Part shown: positions 10,147 to 19,955 of the stretch, piece after piece
Position numbering within the stretch: the first letter of the stretch is position 1
Layout of the letters: each line of letters begins with the position of its first letter
From: Gammaproteobacteria bacterium
GTDB lineage: Bacteria > Pseudomonadota > Gammaproteobacteria > SZUA-152
Assembly: GCA_015487095.1 (NCBI GenBank)
Contig: WFQM01000320.1
Span: 1 to 44,721 of the forward strand
Reading direction: 5' to 3'
Length of the DNA stretch: 44,721 bases
Notes under the pieces: generated by a model
Database searches by the model: none
The model's input: only the letters and a program-made list of their open reading frames with translations
What the model was told of the DNA's origin: nothing
Program-made: the position numbers and the translations under genes

Positions 10147-11508
10147 TTATGACGACGCAATATGTCGTCCGTTGCTTATGCCGGAATTTGCTACCGCCAA
10201 CGCAAATTCCTCCAAAAATTCTACTTGAACATCTGATTGCACCCAACGAGGCTCAATGCTACGTGCGGCCTCCAGAGCATCCAGAGCAGTTTCACCTTCC
10301 CAGATCAACTGCGCAACGAGCATAGTGCCGGTACGACCCATGCCGGCTTTGCAATGCATGGCAATAGCTTCGCCCTGTTCGGTCAATTCACCCACCTGTT
10401 CGCAAAGTTTGAGAGCGGCTTCAATGGTAGGTACTCCCATATCCTTAATTGGAAATGCAATTCCCTTGATGTCGTATTCGGCAAGTATAACCGGATCAAT
10501 GGGTTGAGTTGTCAGGGAAACCAGCACGCTGATTCCCACTCGCTGTAGCGCAGCGAGATCATAATCCAGTTCGATTAATAATCCGGGACGTGGCGTGCCG
10601 GCCAGGTCACCTTTTCTAAGCCAAAGAAAATTACGAGGCCCAAATGCATCACTTTTGTATTTCCGAGCCTCCTCGGGTATTTTGGGGCGAACCGTTTTAA
10701 GCGGTGCAGCTGGCGTATCTATGGCTTCTGTTACGGGGTCATTCAGATGTTCGTCGGGTGTGTCTGGGGCAGAAACACAACAGGAGCCACTGCGCACAAA
10801 ATCTCTGGCCGCTTGTGATTGAGGTGCTGCAAAAAAATCGGCGGTGGGTTGTGTTTCATGAACCCAGCCACCGGCCAATAATGCGGTTTGTCCACCCAGT
10901 TTGATAGCTTGTTTCTGGTTATGTACAACGACCACCACAGCGCGGCGTTCGGCTTCCATGAGCAGATAATCCAACAGGCGATGGGTTTCTGCTTCATCCA
11001 GCCCGGCAGTGGGTTCGTCTACAAAAATTAATTTGGGGTTAGCTGCTACAGTACGGGCAATTGCCAGGTGGCGTTGCACCGCCAGTGGAAAATCTGAGGC
11101 ATTGTCATTCAGCCGGTCAACTAATTCAGTCAGGCCTGCCTTGCTCAACAGGCGTTGTGCCACATCCCGTTGCTGGGAGATATCCAGTGTATGGCGTTCG
11201 GGCATATCATTAACAATATTCTCACGAATGCTGGCCATGATGAGCTTGGTTTTCTGTGCCACCAGTGCAGGTGACTCAGACTTTCCCAAAGGCATGCCGA
11301 CATATTCGGCCTTGCCCCAAGTGCGTAGAGAAGGATTGGCATTGTTAAGGCCGGAAAGTGTTCGTAGCAGGGTGGATTTTCCAGTACCGGCTGGGCCCAA
11401 CAACACGGTCATTCCCTGCTCGGGAATATCCAGGTCGATACCGTTAAGAATAATTTTATCACCAAAAGCGACACCATACTCTCGCAAAGATAGAATTGAT
11501 TCGCTCAC
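10147..11508 (-). CDS. PstB-like ABC ATPase domain fused to a Cys-dependent (dual-specificity/Tyr) protein phosphatase
   Basis: Walker A GPAGTGKST, Walker B IFVDEPT, H-loop VVHN; general-acid loop FPIKDMGVP and P-loop HCKAGMGRTG (10333-10356); GTG start overlaps the GTPase TGA. Confidence 0.88.
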   Translation of the reverse strand: MSESILSLREYGVAFGDKIILNGIDLDIPEQGMTVLLGPAGTGKSTLLRTLSGLNNANPSLRTWGKAEYVGMPLGKSESPALVAQKTKLIMASIRENIVNDMPERHTLDISQQRDVAQRLLSKAGLTELVDRLNDNASDFPLAVQRHLAIARTVAANPKLIFVDEPTAGLDEAETHRLLDYLLMEAERRAVVVVVHNQKQAIKLGGQTALLAGGWVHETQPTADFFAAPQSQAARDFVRSGSCCVSAPDTPDEHLNDPVTEAIDTPAAPLKTVRPKIPEEARKYKSDAFGPRNFLWLRKGDLAGTPRPGLLIELDYDLAALQRVGISVLVSLTTQPIDPVILAEYDIKGIAFPIKDMGVPTIEAALKLCEQVGELTEQGEAIAMHCKAGMGRTGTMLVAQLIWEGETALDALEAARSIEPRWVQSDVQVEFLEEFALAVANSGISNGRHIASS

Positions 11509-12053
11509 GCGGCTTCTCCATTCAGACCAGGGTCCAGAGAATAAAGCAGAGCCTGAACCAGCATCATGACATCATCATGTTGACGGGCATCCACCTCGAA
11601 CACAGGCACATTCAGATCCAGTTTTGTCAGAGTTGCCTGGTAGTCCTCAAGCTTTAATCCTTTGCGCAATTCCATTCTTGTAATGCCAATGGCCACAGCA
11701 TTATTTTGAATAAACTCTTTAAAGGCGCTGATAAAGGCCTTTAAGTCATCCAGTGGAGCGGGATTGGCATCGTCCAGCATAATAATTACACCAAGGCTGC
11801 CATCGGTGAGCAAGTCCCACATAAAATTGAAACGCTCTTGTCCGGGTGTACCATAAAGATGCAGTGTCTCTCCATTATCCAGACGCATACTACCGTAATC
11901 CATTGCCACTGTGGTCAATTCTTTTTTGTCTTTTGTTTCATCTGTTGCAGTCTGTTCTGTGGAAAATGGTGCAATATCACTAATTGCGGTAATTGCGGTT
12001 GTTTTGCCTGCACCTACGGGGCCGGTAAAAATAATTTTGTACTGACCAATCAT
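11505..12053 (-). CDS. Small GTPase, MglA/conservon CvnD type
   Basis: G1 GPVGAGKTT, G2 TTVAMDYG, G3 LYGTPGQERF, G4-like TRME, G5 DAR. Confidence 0.9.
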   Translation of the reverse strand: MIGQYKIIFTGPVGAGKTTAITAISDIAPFSTEQTATDETKDKKELTTVAMDYGSMRLDNGETLHLYGTPGQERFNFMWDLLTDGSLGVIIMLDDANPAPLDDLKAFISAFKEFIQNNAVAIGITRMELRKGLKLEDYQATLTKLDLNVPVFEVDARQHDDVMMLVQALLYSLDPGLNGEAA

Positions 12054-12091
12054 AATTAATTCCTGTTTTTCAGGTTATCATCGAGTTACTG

Positions 12092-13255
12092 TTATTTGCT
12101 GATACGGCGTAAAATAGAGGCTAATAATCCGCGCCTTGTGGGTTTGTCTTTCATGACTTCTTTGGGGGCAATTAGTGAGTCTGCCCGGCGTGTTGCAGAC
12201 CCTGTTAAACCTGTTGTTATTGCTGCACTATAAAATGAATACACATGGGCTTGATCAATATCCAGGCTTTGGGCGATGTTATCCAATGTGCGTGGATTTC
12301 CTGCCCATAAAGAGGCAATACGCATGCCGTATGGTGTATGTGGAAGACGAGGAAAATTGGGCCAGGATTGCAAATAATACGGTGCAGATAAATCAGTACC
12401 TTCCGGCACGCGACCGCGTGCTGTACGCAAAGTCAGATCCCATATCAGGTAATTAATGGATATGGATCTCAGGTCGTCGGTTTCATCTGCGGGTAATTCT
12501 TTTTTGCCTGTATTGCAAACACGATTGATCTCTATTGTAAATTCTTCGCTCAATGTTGCCACGCCCAGGTTTTTTAGCTGACTGTCAGTTAAATCACTAT
12601 AAGCACGATCCTGGTCGGGCAACAGGATGAGTCGGCGATTTCTCCAACATTGCACGTAGAGAATACATTGTTGCCCAACACTTTTTTTAAGGCTGGAGAG
12701 AATACGTCCCAAGAGATAATTATCCGGATTATAATAAAGTTCAGACTCACTCTGTATACCGGTTTGTTGTATCGATTTCAAGTTAATACTTGTTGTCTTG
12801 AGCTGTGTATTCAGTGAGTGGGCTGCCGCGTTAATTCCTGTTGTATTGGTATCCAGTTTTGTTGATGCTTCTGAATTATCATCAGAGGCTGGAGGGTTTG
12901 CTGAATCAGTATTGCTGATGATTTCTGTGGTTGGCGGTAATCCTGTTACCAGGTCAAAAATAGATTCCCACAATAAATCCAGCTTGGCAGGTTTGGCGAC
13001 ATAAGTAGCCCCCTTGATTTTTATGGGGGATTCTGACATGACAATAGCGGGTAGATCAGGATGTTGTTGTTGATATTTTTCCCAAGCATTGGCCTCGCCA
13101 TCCAGATCAACAATACCCAGATGTGCGTCCTCATTTTGCGCAAACTCGCAACGCCCTTTGAAGATAATTTTAAAAATGGTGCCCATCCTGGAAATAGACC
13201 GTTCATCCATGCCGACTAGAATAACTTTTATAGGTGAGTGTACTTCTGTTTTCAC
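12092..13255 (-). CDS. Hypothetical protein with degenerate receiver-like N-terminus and HTH-like C-terminus; first gene of the GTPase operon
   Basis: AHLGIVDLD...PDLPAIVMS...YVAKP REC-like pattern; S/T/N-rich linker; WPNFPRL...RIASLW...TLDNIAQSL...VYSFYSAA; basic tail RRGLLASILRRI. Confidence 0.7.
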   Translation of the reverse strand: MKTEVHSPIKVILVGMDERSISRMGTIFKIIFKGRCEFAQNEDAHLGIVDLDGEANAWEKYQQQHPDLPAIVMSESPIKIKGATYVAKPAKLDLLWESIFDLVTGLPPTTEIISNTDSANPPASDDNSEASTKLDTNTTGINAAAHSLNTQLKTTSINLKSIQQTGIQSESELYYNPDNYLLGRILSSLKKSVGQQCILYVQCWRNRRLILLPDQDRAYSDLTDSQLKNLGVATLSEEFTIEINRVCNTGKKELPADETDDLRSISINYLIWDLTLRTARGRVPEGTDLSAPYYLQSWPNFPRLPHTPYGMRIASLWAGNPRTLDNIAQSLDIDQAHVYSFYSAAITTGLTGSATRRADSLIAPKEVMKDKPTRRGLLASILRRISK

Positions 13256-13870
13256 GAGCTTTGCTACCCCCTGTTTGTTGTTTGTTGCGCAGCCGAATGC
13301 GATTTATAAAACAGGATATGTGAGGCGCTGTTTTTATGTCTCTACCCAGGCTCCACGTCCATCACTCATATTAAGCGTAATACCCACCATTTCTTTCAGA
13401 AGCGGCATCGGGTAAAAATGCGAAAACTTTAGTGATAGCGTGCCATTTGCAATATAAATTTACGATAAAGGGTGGTGGGAGTATCGGTTTTTGATATAAA
13501 TGGTGGGATGATTATCAGAGAGATGGGCAAAAAAACAATTTGACTAGATGTTGTCAGAATAAAATGAAATGCTCCAATGTATTGAAAACATTGAACATTT
13601 ATCTGTGCTGGCAATGAGGGCATGGTTGCGTGGTATTTTGTTTTCTATTGTGATTGCTGTGTTGTTAGAAGCAGAGGGGAGCAGGATCAAAAAACCTGGG
13701 CATTTAAGGGATGTGTCAATTGAAGCGTTGCACATACTCATCGCAGGGTAATATACCGATGATCACGGTACCGTCCAGATTACAAAATTATACATATTTG
13801 TAATAGACCGGGGGTCGGGGCAGTATCACTGTAAATTATGAAACTGAGTAATAAAATGGAGAAATATACA

Positions 13871-14200
13871 GTGGCATGGGTTTATTTGATCATTGCTGCC
13901 CTGTTTGAGTGTGGATGGGCAATAGGCTTGAAATATACGGATGGTTTTACAAAAATTTGGCCTTCCGTCTTCACAATAGTTGCAATGATTGTGAGTTTCC
14001 AGTTTTTATCCATGGCTATGAAAACAATTCCTGTGGGTACGGCTTACGCAATATGGACGGGTATTGGAACAGTGGGGGTTGCTATTTTGGGTATGGCGCT
14101 ATTTGGAGAATCCAGAGAAATAGCAAGAATATTATGTATAACACTGATTGTTATTGGGGTTGTTGGTCTTAAAGTATTTTCCGGACAGCATGCCGGTTAA
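13871..14200 (+). CDS. sugE: SMR-family guanidinium exporter Gdx/SugE
   Basis: [39 protein letters not shown]; GTG start with GGAGA RBS. Confidence 0.9.
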   Translation: MAWVYLIIAALFECGWAIGLKYTDGFTKIWPSVFTIVAMIVSFQFLSMAMKTIPVGTAYAIWTGIGTVGVAILGMALFGESREIARILCITLIVIGVVGLKVFSGQHAG

Positions 14201-14574
14201 TAAGGATGAAATAGTATTAAGGATATTTTCAATAGTAAATAATTTAATGGATAAATTATTTTTTGAAAAAAATGAAAGACACGCCCCCTCATTTAAAAAT
14301 ATACGTTAGTGGATATGCAGAATCTTTATATGGAGTGGAATAGGTTCGAGATGAAGATGGTGGATAGCGATTGAGCTTATACAAACAGAAATAACATAAA
14401 GCACAGAAACAAAACGCTTCCTGTGATGATGGGGGGCGAATTGGTGTTGCCCGGCTTCCTGCACATACTCATTTTAGTCAGATTGCCAGTGTGTTGCTGC
14501 TGGTCGGCATTGATGGCTTTATTTGGTTATGGTGGGTTAGTGAATACTCGCTAACGAGCAAGATTTCATCTGAA

Positions 14575-15663
14575 CTATGGCCGATGTGCCTGCGCAAGAT
14601 AATCATTGCTGCGCATTTCCAGCAATCGACTTACCGTGCGTTGAAAATCAAAGGTATGGCGACGACCGTGATAGAGGTGTGTGGGCTCGTTATCGGCGGT
14701 GATCAGCAGTTTGACGCGCCGGTCATAAAACTCATCCACCATGTCGATAAACCGATGAGCCCACTCTTCTTCATTTTCACCCATGTCAGGCACGCTGGAA
14801 ACAAGTATGGTATGAAATTGTCGGGCGAGCTCAATATAGTCAGCACTGGCGCGAGGACCATGACAGAGCTGATAAAAATCAAACCAGGCAACATCGTCAG
14901 TACGACGATGGCAGGTAATTTGGCGGTGATTGATGTGTAATGGGATATCAATCAATGCTGTACCAGGGGCAAGTTCGTTAAAGCGCTGTTCAATAGCACG
15001 TTCACTGGCGGTGTTGAGCGGTGAAAACCAGGTATGAGTCTGTTTGAGTTTGCGCAGACGGTGGTCCGTGTTGCCGGTCAACTCAATGACTTCAGTATTC
15101 GTTTCAATGAGTTTGATGGCGGGCAGGAAATGCTCGCGTTGCAGGCCATTTTTATACAATTCTATCGGTGCAAGGTTAGAGGTGAATACCAGTGTTATAC
15201 CCTGGTCACTGAATGCGCCGAGCAGGCGATAAAGAATCATCGCATCAGTGATGTCCTCCACATAAAACTCATCGAGACACAATATGCGCGCTCGTTGTGC
15301 AAAGTGTCTGGCGACGATGAGCAGAGGGTCACGCTGTCCTGCTAATTGCGTAAGCTCATCATGAATTTCCTGCATGAAATGACGAAAGTGCAGGCGTAGT
15401 TTTTGATCAAAGGGCAGGGTATTGAAAAACATGTCCATGAGCCAGGTTTTCCCCCGGCCGACATCACCCCATAGGTATAATCCGCACGGTATTACGTTAC
15501 GCTTAGCAAATTTTTTGCATAACTGCGTTGCCCATCCTTTTTGCTCGGGCTGTTGTAGGCGTGTGGATAATATTTGAAAATATTTCAGCGCCGCGAGTTG
15601 GGCCGGATCAGGCTTAAAATGCTCATTATGCAAAGCGTGCTGGTATTGTGCGCTGAGGTCCAT
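14575..15663 (-). CDS. zapE: Cell division ATPase ZapE (AFG1 family)
   Basis: GLYLWGDVGRGKTWLMD, CLDEFYVEDITDAMIL, TSN, VDEFYDRRVKL, FQRTVSRLLEM. Confidence 0.93.
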   Translation of the reverse strand: MDLSAQYQHALHNEHFKPDPAQLAALKYFQILSTRLQQPEQKGWATQLCKKFAKRNVIPCGLYLWGDVGRGKTWLMDMFFNTLPFDQKLRLHFRHFMQEIHDELTQLAGQRDPLLIVARHFAQRARILCLDEFYVEDITDAMILYRLLGAFSDQGITLVFTSNLAPIELYKNGLQREHFLPAIKLIETNTEVIELTGNTDHRLRKLKQTHTWFSPLNTASERAIEQRFNELAPGTALIDIPLHINHRQITCHRRTDDVAWFDFYQLCHGPRASADYIELARQFHTILVSSVPDMGENEEEWAHRFIDMVDEFYDRRVKLLITADNEPTHLYHGRRHTFDFQRTVSRLLEMRSNDYLAQAHRP

Positions 15664-15750
15664 GCGTGAAAATCTATATTTATTGATAAAGGATAGCGGC
15701 CAGTATTCTTGCTGGCTTTATTGGTACAGTGTTCGGTATTATGCTGCACT

Positions 15751-16170
15751 ATGCAAAACTTAATTAAAAGAACGGTTTATTTGGGGGTGATGTTGCTGGC
15801 TATCTTGAGCTTAACGGCCTGTGACGAGAAAAAACAACGGGTAGCGCCCTCAGGGGACCATGCTGTGTTAGAGGAATTGGCAGCAGCTTACCGTAAGGTT
15901 AGCGAGAAATACCCTGTACAGCCGCAGGCCATGCCACCTAAAGGGCGCAAGGAGTTCTTGAACAAGGTTTTTACACAAGCCGGTTATAGCTATTCGGCAA
16001 CGTTAATTGCGATGGGGCAGGCGGCTACTGATCGCAGCAATAAAGAACAGCGTGATTTGGTAGAGTTATTGCTGCTACCGGTGAAGGGGCTGTCAAATGA
16101 AGTGCGGGCAGGCCTGTATACTGATGATGAGCTGGTGGCAATGCAGCGCTTGCAGATAAATTTTCGATAG
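15751..16170 (+). CDS. Hypothetical lipoprotein
   Basis: Signal peptide with lipobox LTAC. Confidence 0.7.
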   Translation: MQNLIKRTVYLGVMLLAILSLTACDEKKQRVAPSGDHAVLEELAAAYRKVSEKYPVQPQAMPPKGRKEFLNKVFTQAGYSYSATLIAMGQAATDRSNKEQRDLVELLLLPVKGLSNEVRAGLYTDDELVAMQRLQINFR

Positions 16171-16288
16171 AGATGTAGATTTGTATCAGGTTGCCTGTTG
16201 AATGACTCATGCGGCGATTGATTGTTTCACGGCCCGTAAGCGCCCAGTTAAGCCTCTTGGCCGCAGTCGCTGTGTGGCTCTGATGACG

Positions 16289-16654
16289 TCAAATTTCCAA
16301 TTCGTTACTGATTTCAGACAATATGTAGCGGGCCATTGCTAAATTGCCACTAGTCTTGTCGAGTATAAGGTAGACGAAGAGTCCATCCTTTTGGGGTAAA
16401 AGCCGAATCAGGTGGTATTGTGTACCGAGGGTAATCAAAATATCTTCAAGGCTATCCTTCAACCCCAGGTTTCGCATCGTCGTACGTTTTGCACGTACTA
16501 TTTCAGTGTTGCCAACGGCAGCTAAACTGAGATTGAGTTTTGTGTCACCTTTTTCAGAGTCGAGCATCAGGCCACTGTTACTATCAACGATACAAGCACC
16601 GATGAACCCGTCGAGTTTACGGGTTTTTTTAAGACTCTCTTTCAAACTTGCCAT
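16289..16654 (-). CDS. Roadblock/LC7-like protein (second copy type)
   Basis: LDGFIGACIVDSNSGLML...AAVGNTEIVRAK...LEDILITLGTQYHLIR...GNLAMAR; GGAGA RBS. Confidence 0.78.
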   Translation of the reverse strand: MASLKESLKKTRKLDGFIGACIVDSNSGLMLDSEKGDTKLNLSLAAVGNTEIVRAKRTTMRNLGLKDSLEDILITLGTQYHLIRLLPQKDGLFVYLILDKTSGNLAMARYILSEISNELEI

Positions 16655-16706
16655 CACTGTTCTCCATTCCTAAATCATAGTTTTTAACGTGGTGAGCATA
16701 CATTTT

Positions 16707-19700
16707 CTATACGGGTGCTTTGATTTGCCGGTTTTTCCATAGCATGTATAAAACAGGAATTAATATCATAGAAACCAAAGGTGCTGTAATCATGCCACCC
16801 AACATGGGGGCTGCAATACGCTGCATGACTTCTGAACCGGTTCCTGAGCCCATCATAATCGGTATTAAACCTGCAATCACAACGGCAGCCGACATGGCTT
16901 TTGGTCTGACTCGCAAAACTGCACCATCAATAATCGCTGCGCGCAGTTCCTGTCTGTTACTGGGTTTGTGTTCTTTCATTGCCTGATCAAGATAGACCAG
17001 CATGATGACACCAAATTCAGCTGCTACACCTGCCAATGCAATAAAACCGACACCAACGGCGACTGAGAGGTTGTAATCCAGCACATAGATTATCCAAACG
17101 CCACCCACCAGTGCCAGTGGCACTGTGCCCATTACCATGAAGCATTCTGTAAAATTACGGAAGTTTAAATAAAGCAATAAAAATATAATTACTAATGTCA
17201 AAGGCACGACATAGGTCAATTTTTCTTTTGCCCGCAACATATATTCATATTGTCCAGACCATCCCACTGAATAGCCTGCGGGCAAATCAATTTTCTCTGC
17301 AACTTGCTTTTGCGCATCTAGTACATATCCCCCCAGGTCCCGGTCTTTTATATCGACGTATACCCAACCAATTCGTCGGGCATTTTCACTCTTAATCATC
17401 CCCGGGCCATCCACAATTTTTACTTCTGCCACTTCATGTAAAGGAATCTGAGCTTTGCTTGGGGTGACTATTGGCAATTGTCGAAGTTTGGCAATCGAGT
17501 CACGTACGCCTCGTGGATAGCGCACATTGACAGGGTAACGTTCCAGCCCTTCAACGGTTTGGGTTACATTTGCACCCCCTACAGCTTTGCTGATGACCTC
17601 TTGAATATCAGCGATATTGAGCCCAAAGCGGGCAGCAGCGCGACGATTGATATTAATATCAATATAACGAGCGCCTGCTACGCGCTCTGAAAATACAGAT
17701 AATGTTCCTGGCACGTCTTTAATAACTTTTTCTATTTCTTGACCAATTTTTTGTATTTCCATCAGGTCTGGCCCCGACACCTTTATACCCAGCGGCGTTT
17801 TGACACCCGTAGAAATCATATCGATACGTGTTTTGATTGGCATTACCCATGAATTGGTTAACCCTGGGATTGAAACAGTTTTTTGCAGTTCCTGTTTGAG
17901 TTTCTCCATTGTCATACCTTGACGCCATTCACTTTTTGGACGCAGCTGAATGGTTGTTTCGATCATTGTCAGTGGCGCAGGGTCTGTTGCTGTTTCAGCG
18001 CGTCCAACTTTTCCAAATACCGTAGCAACCTCTGGGATGGTGCGAATAAGCTTGTCTGTTAGTTGTAATAATTCACCCGCTTTACCAATCGATATGCCGG
18101 TAAATGTTGTTGGCATATACAATAAATCACCTTCATCCAGTTCTGGCATGAACTCTGATCCTAATCGAGAAAGTGGGTAAATTATGGACATAACTGTAAG
18201 TATGCATAATACAATGGTAATAATCGGGAAGCGTAATACGCAATGGATGATCGGCATATATATTGCTACCAGCAGTTGCCGTAGAATATTTTTTTCTTCG
18301 GGTAAAATACGGCCACGAATAAAGTAGCCCATGAGCACGGGCATTAACGTAATAGATAATCCGGCAGCGGCTGCCATGGCATAGGTTTTTGTAAAGGCAA
18401 GTGGGCTAAACAGTTTTCCTTCCTGCGCTTCTAATGTGAATATGGGCAAAAAACTGAGCGTAATAATGAGCAGAGAGAAGAATAATGCGGGGCCCACTTC
18501 AGTTGCTGATTTGGATATTATGGCCCATCTATTTTTATCGGTAATACGCTCTCTTTCCATGTGTTTATGCGCGTTTTCTATCATCACAATTGCGGCATCA
18601 ACCATTGCCCCCACGGCAATTGCGATGCCACCCAGGGACATTATGTTTGCATTTATGCCTTGTTTTTGCATGACGATAAAGGCGATTAAAATGCCAATGG
18701 GTAAAATAATGATGGCGATAAATGCCGAGCGTAAATGGAACAAAAATACGATACACACCAAGGCAATAATTAAGAATTCCTTGATGAGTTTGTCGCGCAA
18801 ATTGCCGACCGCATTTTCAATCAGAATGGAGCGGTCGTAGGTTTCGATGATTTCTACTCCATCAGGGAGCCCCTTTTTTAATTGGCTGAGCTTTAATTTT
18901 ACGGCCTCAATCGTATCTAATGCATTCTCTCCCCAGCGCATCACAACAATTGCACCGACGACTTCACCTTCACCATTAAGCTCAGCAATGCCGCGACGCA
19001 TCTGTGGTCCCAGGCGAATGTCAGCAATGTCGTTGAGTAAAATGGGCGTTCCTTTATCGTTTACACTGACGGGAATTTGTTTAAGATCTTCTACGTTATT
19101 TAAATAGCCGCGCGCACGAATCATATATTCCGCCTCAGCCTGTTCGATAACCGAGCCACCCACTTCCTGATTGGCGCGCCGTATTGCCCGATTGACTTGC
19201 TCTAGCGGAATTCCATAGACTCGCAATTTATCAGGGTCTAAAACAACCTGATATTGCTTGACCATTCCGCCGACTGTGGCGACTTCAGATACGCCTGCAA
19301 CGGTTTGCAGCTCATATTTTAAAAACCAGTCTTGTAAGCTGCGTAGTTGTGAAAGGTCGTGATTTCCCGTGCGGTCTACTAGTGCGTATTGATATATCCA
19401 GCCCACACCCGTGGCATCTGGGCCAAGTTGTGGCTTGGCTGTGTCGGGTAAGTTGCTGGCAACCTGACTTAAGTATTCAAGTACACGGGAGCGTGCCCAA
19501 TAAATATCTGTGCCATCTTCAAAGATGACATAAACGTAAGAATCACCAAAAAATGAAAACCCCCTTACTGCTATGGTTCCTGGTACGGACAGCATTGCGG
19601 TAGTAATGGGATATGTCACCTGGTCTTCCACAACTTCAGGGGCTTGGCCAGGATAGGAGGTTTTTATAATAACCTGGAGATCGGATAAATCAGGAATTGC

Positions 19701-19811
19701 ATCAAGTGGTGTGCGCAATAAAGAAAATATACCCCAGCCAATTAATAACAGGGTTAAAAGTATAACCAGTGGCCGGTTTTTTATGGACCAATTAATCGTA
19801 TGCGCAATCAT
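16707..19811 (-). CDS. cusA: Cu(I)/Ag(I) RND efflux pump
   Basis: [36 protein letters not shown]; CusA Met triad in LLYMPT, PLTMIET, IDMIST. Confidence 0.95.
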   Translation of the reverse strand: MIAHTINWSIKNRPLVILLTLLLIGWGIFSLLRTPLDAIPDLSDLQVIIKTSYPGQAPEVVEDQVTYPITTAMLSVPGTIAVRGFSFFGDSYVYVIFEDGTDIYWARSRVLEYLSQVASNLPDTAKPQLGPDATGVGWIYQYALVDRTGNHDLSQLRSLQDWFLKYELQTVAGVSEVATVGGMVKQYQVVLDPDKLRVYGIPLEQVNRAIRRANQEVGGSVIEQAEAEYMIRARGYLNNVEDLKQIPVSVNDKGTPILLNDIADIRLGPQMRRGIAELNGEGEVVGAIVVMRWGENALDTIEAVKLKLSQLKKGLPDGVEIIETYDRSILIENAVGNLRDKLIKEFLIIALVCIVFLFHLRSAFIAIIILPIGILIAFIVMQKQGINANIMSLGGIAIAVGAMVDAAIVMIENAHKHMERERITDKNRWAIISKSATEVGPALFFSLLIITLSFLPIFTLEAQEGKLFSPLAFTKTYAMAAAAGLSITLMPVLMGYFIRGRILPEEKNILRQLLVAIYMPIIHCVLRFPIITIVLCILTVMSIIYPLSRLGSEFMPELDEGDLLYMPTTFTGISIGKAGELLQLTDKLIRTIPEVATVFGKVGRAETATDPAPLTMIETTIQLRPKSEWRQGMTMEKLKQELQKTVSIPGLTNSWVMPIKTRIDMISTGVKTPLGIKVSGPDLMEIQKIGQEIEKVIKDVPGTLSVFSERVAGARYIDININRRAAARFGLNIADIQEVISKAVGGANVTQTVEGLERYPVNVRYPRGVRDSIAKLRQLPIVTPSKAQIPLHEVAEVKIVDGPGMIKSENARRIGWVYVDIKDRDLGGYVLDAQKQVAEKIDLPAGYSVGWSGQYEYMLRAKEKLTYVVPLTLVIIFLLLYLNFRNFTECFMVMGTVPLALVGGVWIIYVLDYNLSVAVGVGFIALAGVAAEFGVIMLVYLDQAMKEHKPSNRQELRAAIIDGAVLRVRPKAMSAAVVIAGLIPIMMGSGTGSEVMQRIAAPMLGGMITAPLVSMILIPVLYMLWKNRQIKAPV

Positions 19812-19923
19812 TTTTTATTTTTCATCACAGGGAAAGCGAGGTGGTATGCAGGGTATGTCTTTTAATAATATTAAAGACATAACGCTGAATTGAAAGGTGC
19901 CGGTGGATGCGTGATAAAAAGGT

Positions 19924-19946
19924 AGCCCGGCTCATATTGCCGGGCT
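19924..19946 (-). terminator. Stem-loop between cusB and cusA
   Basis: agcccggc / gccgggct 8-bp stem; on the minus strand followed by ACCTTTTT. Confidence 0.5.
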
Positions 19947-19955
19947 TTAATTAAT

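Noticed and set aside
10147-11508. Calling the ABC domain a true pstB phosphate transporter subunit
   Set aside because: No pstSCA nearby, signature motif lost, and it is fused to a phosphatase.
14201-14574. AT-rich gap and 149-aa plus-strand ORF at 14491
   Set aside because: The ORF is mostly antisense to zapE; no RNA gene or repeat was recognised in the gap.
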